A stretch of 64,000 nt of DNA from assembly GCA_904063045.1 (NCBI GenBank), contig CAJFCJ010000013.1, forward strand, positions 1,222,156 through 1,286,155, written 5' to 3'. The notes under the pieces are model-generated. The model was not told the origin of the DNA. It saw only the letters and a list, made by a program, of their open reading frames with translations, and made no database searches. Origin of the DNA: Dimorphilus gyrociliatus (lineage: Eukaryota > Animalia > Annelida). The position numbers and the translations under genes were made by a program. This document shows, piece after piece, positions 54,201-64,000 of this stretch. Position 1 is the stretch's first letter, and each line of letters begins with the position of its first letter.

Positions 54201-54471
54201 CATTACCCAGCTGGGTAGGTCCAACACATGAGTCAAAACATTTTCGTCTAATTCTAGGTTACTTAATTCGCCTTGTCCCTTTAATGTACTAATATGTATC
54301 TTGTCTGGAGACAAATTCTTTGCAAACCTGAAGTAAAATGGTAAAGTTTCAATTGTGAAATACGTCGGATCAGTGACAAAACAACAAATTATATGAGAAA
54401 TTACAAAAGTAACGTGACTGAATTTACCTTGATAGTTGCTTTAATATTTGATTTTTAATTATTCCTGCCAT
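48978..54471 (-). CDS. BLTP3B: UHRF1BP1-like / bridge-like lipid transfer protein 3 (SHIP164); exons include 54471-54428, 53994-51402, 49777-49445, 49327-48978
   Basis: MAGIIKNQILKQLSRFAKNLSPDKIHISTLKGQGELSNLEL (chorein-N), IQWTKLK, LRLISNQAKLRITLKKRMSDC, LDDLLWVLTDTQLKA, LNHYQYLFLLRL, and a C-terminal coiled coil. Confidence 0.92.
50708..50775. repeat. Two-copy 36-bp-period tandem repeat with internal dyad symmetry
   Basis: tggccaagttataattcaattaacttgcctag (50708-50739) and tggccaggttataattcaattaaccttcctaa (50744-50775). Confidence 0.85.
51244..51273. repeat. (AAT)10 microsatellite
   Basis: Ten perfect AAT units in the BLTP3B intron. Confidence 0.9.
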
Positions 54472-57400
54472 TTCCTGGCAAGAAAGCTATACTTAACAAC
54501 TATCCGAAGCCGAAATCGTGATGGTGTACGGCCATTTTGGATTTGAAAATCTATTTTCCCTACTGTATATGTGAGGCTACCTGTTCCGAAACAGAAATAA
54601 ACACATCGAGCAATGCGTTTAGCACAAACCTATTATATGCTAATTTTTTCTCGCGGCAACTTATGAAACGCTCTATATTTATACAATATTTATAATTAAT
54701 GAATCACCTAAAAATATATTGATTTCATCCCTATCCAGAAGGTAAGCCATCTATGTTAAAGATCTAAATATTAGGGGAGAAATATAGCTAATGGAGAAAA
54801 AATACACAAATAGATTTCTAATCAATAATTCAGGTTTTATTGTACAAAGGATGTAAGAGAAATTAGTAAAAGTAGTTTATTTAATCCTAAAAACATACGC
54901 TTGCAGTTGAGGTATAAAAAATTAATCTAGCCAATCAGATTGTACGTTGAAAGAATAAGCCAAAAAAAAGTACTGCAACGCTCAGCCGCAACAATACCGA
55001 AAAAAAGATGTTTTATAGCTAAGTTTTTCCAGAATGCGTGGGTGGGTTATGGTAAATATGCTTAAGATATTATGTCTAATATTTCACGACCGTGCCTCTT
55101 CACTTTCAACGTCTATAGTGAAAATGAAGAATTCGTATACGGTAACCTAAACAGAGAATATTCCACCTGTATTTAAAAAATGCATTATCTTTATATGCAT
55201 TCTACAAAAAAATCTGGATACCCACACTTCTATGTATAGTTTATAGATAATATTTATAACGTATAAATGTATATTTCAATGTCAAAGTGTGCATGTTTGC
55301 TTTCATATGTTAAAATGTTATAGACCTTTGATAATTTACTACTACTGTGTCCAGCATTATATTTATCCGTACTCTGGAGAGTAATCTTAGTTAATTCTAC
55401 TGTTTCCTTACTAGGGGAATAAATGCGACGATAATGTAGACAAAATTCTATACAATATACACACGCATATACAGTAAATATATAAATATATATATACTGT
55501 ATATATGCTGCAAAATGAACGAATTGCAATATCTTATACAGTATTTATTTGTATACTATGAAATAACTATAAGAGAGTTCAGTTATTTAAACAATATAAA
55601 TAATTATAAAATGATAAAGTCGGTCGGTTACAAAAGTCTAAAAGGTATACATAATACTCTTACATCCTCCCCTTTTATTTATTGGAATATTCATTTCCGT
55701 TTATGAACTAATAAGAGAAATTCCCTGAGCAGAAAACTGATTAACTAAATAGAACATTCACCCCTGGAATATTTAAAACCGATTTATTTACAATACGTTT
55801 TTATTTGGCTTTTATTATTAAAAAGAATAATAATAAAAAAAATAATTAGAACAAATCTTATCAACCAAAAACTTTTTATCTAGAAATTTTAACATTCTAA
55901 ACAAAAAGAATTAATTATATTTTCCGCAATGATAATTTTAATAAAACACTTCAAAACAATGTTTAATACTGTATAACAACGACAACGACTCTTTCTTTTC
56001 CCTTTTTAACAGGCCTAATAGAAAAAGTAACCTGAACAAAAAAAAATTGAAATTCATCATAAGCTAATGTTCTATGCTTGACATTTTCCAGACTTTTTTT
56101 TTTTTAATGCTTCTAAAGTTGGTAACTTACTCTTTTTCCTCTTCCATAAATGATATGTCAAATAGAAAAAAGAGCGTTTTTTTTATACAATATAAATAAA
56201 GACGAAGTAGAGTATATACTATTTTTATAACGTATGTGAAAAACTTACATTTAACTATTGTAGTACTAAAAATATAGACGGGAAACATTGACTTTAGAAA
56301 TGTTTGTCAAGTCATCTATGACTACCAAACGGAGCATTTTTTTGATCAATTTTTTTACTTGGTTGGTATTAACTTGTCGGCTGAATGGAAGTAGTTTAAT
56401 AACGAATCATTTTTATACTAAACATAATTATAAATATCTGTATGATTTAGGAGTCTTTTTAAAGCTTTATAAATGATATACAATACATCTAAATTGACGA
56501 ATTTGCATTATTTCAATAAAAACAATCAACTGTAGTTTGGTAGGGTTTCTCAAGTCCTTTTCCATTTCCATCTCTGTCAAGTAGAAATTTAATTCGAGTA
56601 ACCAGGTATGCTTATCTCGTTTAAACGTCTACTAAATCGTGATATTTGGGAATTCTAGTTTATTGGTAACATTTTATTACGTGGAAAAAGCATATTGAAA
56701 ATTTTGGTAACATATTCTATAAATGCTAAAAGTTACTTTTTGCAAAAAGAGTAGACTTATCACGATAGTGACGCTACATGCAACCTTCACAATTCCCCAC
56801 TCTACAAATTATATCATCTCAAATTTATAATAAATACCTACTCAAGATTTATCTTTTTTCCCTTGTCTTACTTTTTTTATTTCTCTCAGTCTCTCTCTCT
56901 TTCTTTCCTTCAATGCCTCTCATTTTCTATTCCCGTAGTTTAATGGATATTTTAAGAACGTTAAAGGTTTTCTTCTCTTTCAATCTTGACCACCCGTTGG
57001 ATCGTATATTAAAGATAATGGATGTGTTTTACACCCGTCCAAAACTTGGCATATACCAATTTAAAAAGTATGTGTACGGTATATACAGAATAAGGATATA
57101 AGTATATAAACGACAGATTAGAGTTCAAAGTCGATATACCTTTGTTTCTCTTTTCTTTGAATAATTCTCCTACACCATTTATAAACCCTGATTAACATTT
57201 ATATAATTTTTTTTACATATTTCTTAAATGTTCTCTATCTAAGCATTCTAATTTACTAATAGCTTAGACAAAAACCAAAAGATTCCCACCAATTATCTTG
57301 GTTTTATAATTCTTTTAAGCGTAAATGATGAGTGGTGACAAAGCAGTTGCTGCATTAGAGTTGGCATTTCTATAATCATTTAAATGAACCAATTTCCATA

Positions 57401-57732
57401 TTCTATATAGCATTTTCTACTTTTTCCTCCTCTTTAAAATTCTTTTTTTATTCCTTTAAACAAATTAAAGAAATAGTTGAAATATCTGATAGGAATATTT
57501 TATACAAGTTGCCTAAAGGACGGTCTATATGAATATGTAAAAATTGTTAAAAGATAATATCGCATTATCGTATCAAAGTAGCTTAATAGAATCAGGATTT
57601 TTCTCTTAAAGTTATAGGCAATATAAAAGGGTTGCAATGTCATCCGATATTAAACGGCTTAAGGATTAATATCCTTTGACGTTCCATTTTATCGCAACAA
57701 TCTAAAAACACACTATGAAAAATGAACGATAA

Positions 57733-57838
57733 TCTCTGTCTCTATGTATCTCTCTGTCTCTCTCTCTCTCTGTCTCACTCTCTCTCTGTCTCTCTGACAC
57801 ATATATATATATATATATATATATACAGTATATATATA
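57733..57838. repeat. Compound (CT)n/(TA)n microsatellite
   Basis: Imperfect CT/CTGT tract followed by a TA run interrupted by CAG. Confidence 0.85.
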
Positions 57839-59489
57839 GACATCTACAAACAAAGGAAATTCATGAATATGAAACACAATGTCTGTATTACTAAAGATAT
57901 AATCAGCTTTTCATAGTTTATTTTTATTACTTATTTATAAAATACCTGAAAAAAATTTAATTATTGTTAAGTTTATATTTGTATTTAAAAAAATTGACAA
58001 TTCTGAAAAAGAAAAGAAAAAGTCAATAAATGTTTCATTTTGTTATTAAAAAAGGAATTTGAAAGTAATTAGTAATATTTATTTTTCCACTTTTATACCT
58101 TATTACTAGAGTATTAGAGTGAAATATGCATAAATATGCAAAGTTGACTCTATAAGGAATTATTATATCCTATTTAGATGTAAATTTGATACAATTGAAA
58201 TAAATGTATGCCTTTTTAAAAGAATCATTTAAATGAAAGAAACATGACTGTTTAAAAGTGCTATGTATAATTTTATATATTTTCTTATACTTTATAAAAT
58301 ATTAATATCTTGGCGTTAGAAGGGATGCTTAGACGAAGAAAAAGTAACATTATACCTCTTCATAATATGTCGCATGTATTTGTTTAATCGTACGTCTGTT
58401 AAAAGCTCTACTATTGGCAGGTATAACCTATTAAATATTAAGAAAAAAAAATAACATCTAAGATGCATTCTCATTTACTATATACAATGGATGCTATACT
58501 TTCTATTATTAGAAAAAAAAGTCCTCTATTTTAAGGGGAAATAATTTCTACGAAAAGAGGAAAGAGGATGAAAAATTTAAATATTCTAACAAAGATCTTT
58601 GACTAGAATGCGACAAACTACTTGGGACTATTGGGAGTTAATTATATTATACCTAAATATCATATGAATGCTATGGAGTACCATTATAAAAGCGTAGTAC
58701 TTCTGTATAATATTCCATGGTAAGCCTCTTTTTGTTGTAGAGAGAAATTGATAACAAAAAAACAAAGAATTAAAACAAAAAAGTTTACTTAAAGCGTAAA
58801 AGACAAACATAAAATATTTATCATGAATAGAATCATTTATACTTTTTCAATATTAACCCGAGCAACTAGTACCCTTAAACTGACAAACAATCACGGATGT
58901 CATGCTTTTCACAAGGCTTAATTTTTACATGATTACAATCATGATAAATTAGTTTTCCTTTTCTTTAGTTCTCGATAATAGAGTTGAAGTTTACTTTTAT
59001 AAAAAAACAGACACCTATTAACAAAACGGCACTTTCTAGTATATACATTCATGATTATTTTCTGAAATATACTATTAAATAGAAAGGGTTAATACTCAAG
59101 AAATATTATCACCATATAGGAACGCTGTCTTTTCTCTCTTCATGGCCCTTATTTGTACAGAAAGTATATAATTATAATATCTATAAAAAAAATCATGCTA
59201 TACTGCAAATTTGAATAGGTGAAGTTGTTTCCTCCGCTCTTCTCTTCACATTCTTTCTCGCTTCGTTCAGATCAATAGCTCATTTTAACAACAGTCTTTT
59301 GCATTATCTCCATTTCCTTCGATGAGATTTTTGTTTTACTTGTTGCCTTTCTTTTTTTTTCTTGCTCTAAATTTAATTTAAGTGATACTTGCATGAAAAG
59401 ATTTATATTATTTCGGCTATCGCAAGGATGAAAAGGCGCAAAAAGGGAATATCTAATCATGAAATTATCTATTCATTTATTCTTCATAT

Positions 59490-59534
59490 CAGGTAGAATA
59501 ATAGGATTTACAAAATATCCAGGTAGAATAATAG
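59490..59534. repeat. Short tandem duplication (caggtagaataatag x2, 30-nt period)
   Basis: Identical 15-mers at 59490-59504 and 59520-59534. Confidence 0.75.
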
Positions 59535-61801
59535 AATAAAATTCTTACCAAGGACAAACTTCTTATACTGAGATCCGGATAGAATATGTCATTCTTCTTT
59601 CCGGAAAACCCGAATAAAGTATAATGCATTCCTTAGTAACAAAACGAAAAATTGTTCGACTGACATTGAAACTGACTTTTAATACAAGCTTTCGGCAAGA
59701 TGTCAAGAACGCACCCAATAATTAACTAGGCAGAATTCCGGGAAAAGAACAAACAGACAACTCTGTATGAACTCACAAAAAAAAAAAAAAAACATTCTAA
59801 AAGAATAAAATTATATTTCGTTTTTTTTTTATAAAAGAACGTTCTAAATATTGTTTATGTTTTTTTTGTTAGCTTTGACTTATGAATCATGGAAAATTTA
59901 ATCAAATTTAATAAATGCGATAGGAAAAGAACATATTTTTAGAAAATACATTTGCTCCATAATTTTCATAAAATCTGTTGCTTTTTAAATCTTTAGAGGA
60001 AGACGGAAGAAAAGGAAATAAAAAAAAGGAGCACGTTAGCAATGGCGTGTCAAATTATAGAATTTTCTAGCTTTTCCTATAATACTATGCTTTTTTATGG
60101 TATTACAGTTGTCACTTCCAAGAGATACAAAAATGATTGACGAGAAATGCTAATTACAATCTATATTAATTATTATTTAATATTTTAATTTATAAACAGT
60201 AGTAAAATCTGCAATTGACCTAGATAGAGGAAATCTTTTTCATTAGCCTATTGATTTGTTTCCTTCTTTTTTCAGTATTGGACTACATCGAAAAAAAATA
60301 TTTATTTCTTATTTTTGTGCAAAAGTACACCAAAGGAATTTCTTTTTCATTAATTATGTGGAAAAGTCTGAGTTGATTTGATATACTTGAAATATAAAAC
60401 AGAGGTATTCTCTTTAAATGAAATCTCACCTTTGATACCGAAATATTCTTAATATTGTATTTTAAATATTGAAAATAGTTTTTATGTCGTCATTTTATTA
60501 ATTAGATTCTTTTAAATCTGTATGTAAATTAAAGGATGATTAATTATTGCTATTTAATATACTAATATTAATACCAATAAGATGTTCCTATTGCTTATGG
60601 ATGACTATTTATTTGATGGAAAAAAGAGAAGTAGCCTGAAGCTCATCTTTTGACTCTGAAACGAAGCCTTATAGTAAAGACTTTTTTCCGCTTCCTGTGT
60701 CCCTTCTCAGTTGAGAAGAGATAGAGAGACACGTTGCTATATCATCTACATTAAATAAAAACACCTTGGATGTTTTGTCCTACGTCCTTTGTTTTTAATC
60801 CTTCTTGCAGTCTAACCCTTACTCTCCCACCATCCGGTAATCAGCCTCCCGATCTTCTTACAGTAATGGGAGAGTCTTCTTTTATGGATTTTTGTTTTTG
60901 GCTAACACAATAACCATTAGCAAGTTTTCGAATGATTTACAATATGAATTAATAATTATTATCTTATAATTTGATTTTCTCATCTTGTATTTATAAATAA
61001 TTAATTTCATTAACAAAAAATTTTTGGTACAACCTAATAAGAGCTGGATAATTATATTTCTATATAGTTCTTGCCTACTATAATATTTTGTTACTAATAC
61101 GCTCTATTGTTGTTATTATTGAAATTTTACAGTTTAATCTTCTTGTACGTTCAATACAATTGGATAATCCTTAATTATTCTTTTTAATCCATTTATAAAA
61201 AGATATATCATATGTGTTAAACTTAATAGGTCTTGTACAGTACACTTGTACTTGGCTAACGTTTAGTAAATTTATAGTAAGTACGTTTCTTTCTGACTGA
61301 TAAATTAGGATTTTCCATCTAGTGACTACGTTCTAAAATATTCAAAACCTTTATCTTTGGAAGTGAATCATTACATTCCGAAAAGAAAAAACTCTGAAAA
61401 AGTGATAATAAATTGCAGGTTTTCGAAATGAAGATAGATTGATGAGTAAAAAAATAAGTCGATAACTCCCTCTGTCGTACATAAAATCAACTAAGAGAAG
61501 ACAAAATGATTAAAAGGGATAGATCAAAGATAACTTCAAAAGAATTTAAGGAGAATGGATTCGAATTCTTAAAGCATTTTATTATTATGAAAGTCGATAA
61601 ATTGTTTTTATTAAAAAAGAAATCTTTATATTATATAGATATTTCCCCAAGTTATTTGTTTGATTTATAAATTTTCATTGCCCATTTGAATAGACCCCGA
61701 CTCTTCCTTGGGGGGAAAATAATATTGTTATCCTCAGATTACATTTAAAAAGATAAAGGACTTAGAATACATAATAAGTAATAAACAATGTCTTTATTAT
61801 T

Positions 61802-61831
<30 letters not shown>
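61802..61831. repeat. (CT)n microsatellite
   Basis: CT run with one GT interruption. Confidence 0.8.
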
Positions 61832-61832
<1 letters not shown>

Positions 61833-62951
61833 TAAGTCTCTTTCTTTCTGAAAACACTACTACCGTGTAATGATAATATTTAAAGAAAAACTGTACCTAA
61901 TACTTTTTCAAGTAAATAAACATTCAAGGTGACGAAGAAATATGCATGATATTTTACAGTAAAATCCTGAATAAATAAGCAGAAAATACTGCCTGTACCC
62001 GTACAGACACATTTACTCTTTCTTTTCCCCAAAAGAGTTATATATTGGATTTTTTTTCTCTTCTATATTCGAATATTAATAACTATAGAACAAAAAAAAA
62101 AGATACAAATAAATTGCTTTAATAACAACGCCACTAACTTTACTAGATGTACTTATTTATAGGATGGCGATATGACACATAGTACTTATAGTAAATAGTT
62201 AATTGACTGAATTGCGCACTTTCTTTTACTATAAATTATTTAGTATTTGATATTTTATTGTTTATGAATTAATAAGTAAATTCAGTTTAATAATAATAGG
62301 TTATATATTATAATATAATGCAATAATATGCGATATATAAATAAATACGGTATATATTGTCACTCAGCCTATATGCTAAAACAGCAACAAATTTATAGCC
62401 TGTGACTGAATAATAGTTAACCGGAAATAAAACTAGTTGTTTTAAGAATTCTAATATACAGTATATACTGTATATACTAAAACATAGGTTAAATTTTGAT
62501 TGATACAAGTCTTATTTTCAATTTAATAACATTATTTATTGCTAATAATAGTAGTTTTTTGTACTTTGGGAACAAGTTTCAACACTCTCAGCTCAAGAAC
62601 AAATCATCCCGTTTATTAATATGTTCATAATATTAATATATACATATATATATTTATATACATATATATATGCAGTATACTGTATATAAAACAGACAATT
62701 TAAATATAGCTTTATCGAAAGTAAAGGCAACAAGCGCTTTTGTTTTTCTCTATCGCTTCTTATATCTTGTGGATTTTTTGTTTTTCAAAATGAGGGCAGG
62801 TGTTATAATATAGAATATACGTATTATATTAACGACAAGAATTGGAGAAGAATGAAAAATTAGCTAGAATTGAAAAAAAAAAAATAAATACAAAAAAAAT
62901 TTGGCAGTAGGAACTGTGATTTTTGTTTGATAATAGAGGAAGGGGAAATAT

Positions 62952-63754
62952 TTAAACAGTGCTTCCAGTGCTTGCTAAATCGAGTAGAGCGGAAGCAGCT
63001 TTCTGAGTATCCCATGAGTATTTCTTTAACAACTCTTCACATTTCTCTCTGGAGCCTATACCCAATCGGAATAAGGTTTCGACTTGTAAATATCTTACTG
63101 CTCTCTCCTCGTTCCACTTGCAGGCTAATAGAGCAGCTTGAGCTTCTTCTTCGCTAACGCCATCTACAGATTTGGAGACCTTTTTCACGGCTTCACGAGC
63201 TTGCAGCATTGTTAGGCCGTCACCTGGATTGGTTTGACGACATTCTGGTCCTCCTGGAGCTGAATCTTTAATATAATAGTGTGTGTAAGAAGCCTGAACA
63301 CCGTTACGCATTGATGGTTCAATAGTGGGTGCAGACCACTTAACTGCGCTGTCGCCAACATTCGAGTAGGTAGGCAAGTTGTCAATGTTCGAGTAAGTAG
63401 GATATTGCGAAGGTGTAGGAGCTTTGTTAGGCAGCGGTGGAAGGTCGTATAGAGGCTCCGCTTTCTTAGATCCGTTCAATTTACTAAGATCAATTTCGAA
63501 AGGATCTTTTACAGCTGGTGCAGTTACTTCGCTCAAAGCAGTCGGTAGACTGCCACATCTCTCTGAAAGTGGTCCATCCCAAGAAAATTCCGACTTACTT
63601 TGATTAGTTGGTGATAAATCAATAAGAGGTTTTTCAAAATCGTCCGTTTTCTTTGACATTGATGAAGTTAAGTCGTCAATAAGTTGTTTATCGTTGTCCT
63701 TAAAACGTTTATAAGAGAACTGCTTCGTTGCTTTCGTTCCGGGTAATAATACCG
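62952..63754 (-). CDS. TNK2: Terminal exon of activated Cdc42-associated kinase (ACK1/TNK2 family); upstream exons lie beyond the window
   Basis: Clathrin-box-like PLIDL, DPF motif, Mig6-homology THYY, and tandem UBA-like region EAQAALLACKWNEERAVRYLQVETLFRLG...YSWDTQKAASALL. Acceptor ACAG at 63755-63758. Confidence 0.85.
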
Positions 63755-64000
63755 CTGTTATGCAAGTTTTTAAATACAAATAAATATCTAACAACGGTAT
63801 GTAAGGTCGATGAATATTTAAGAAAGTTACCAAGATTATCTAATCTAAACACTCAAGCCTATACTGTTAACGCTAGTTTACTAATATGACTAGTATTTAA
63901 ACAGTTTTGGCCGAGCGAAATCAACACAAAGCTTGTAATACGGCATATATATATATTATCTAAGTGTCTTCATAAGCCTATATTTTCCAGGATTCACCAT

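Noticed and set aside
50672-60650. Near-identical 18-19-mer agcctgaa(g)gctcatcttt at 50672 and 60633
   Set aside because: There is no extension on either side, and one gapped match of this length is plausible by chance among all pairs in 64 kb.
60660-60705. P-loop-like DTGSGKSLYY on the minus strand
   Set aside because: It sits in a short stop-bounded frame without a start, splice support or other helicase motifs, so chance is likely.

Overview
AT-rich, gene-dense eukaryotic (animal) genomic DNA with mostly 50-110 nt GT-AG introns, typical of a compact invertebrate genome. The species cannot be identified from the sequence alone. I reconstructed exon chains by hand for about 17 protein-coding loci, in order: a truncated membrane-protein ORF (-), ALKBH4 (-), an inversin/ANKRD55-like ankyrin protein (-), PP1 catalytic subunit (+), an acylated degenerate adenylate-kinase-like protein (-), V-ATPase V1 subunit C (+), LOXHD1 with about 17 PLAT domains (-), MTO1 (+), MFSD5 (-), TMEM120 (+), spinster/SPNS (-), a small C/EBP-like bZIP ORF (-), a divergent FKBP-FKBP-TPR immunophilin (-), ACSS3 (+), an orphan 4-TM protein (-), UHRF1BP1L/BLTP3B (-), and, after an 8 kb gene-poor gap, the last exon of ACK1/TNK2 (-). 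No tRNA, rRNA, CRISPR array or intact transposon was seen. The most interesting signals are: (1) spinster has two duplicated, mutually exclusive first coding exons, each encoding its own N-tail and TM1, and only one carries a dileucine lysosomal signal; (2) in-frame 9-18 nt microexon candidates lie in the unusually long introns of LOXHD1 (three) and BLTP3B (one); (3) TACAGTA/TACTGTA motifs recur inside (TA)n tracts and match Tc1/mariner excision footprints; (4) MTO1 and MFSD5 stop codons are only 15 nt apart; (5) there are several apparent pseudo-enzymes or degenerate regulators. All gene models are manual and unverified by transcripts.
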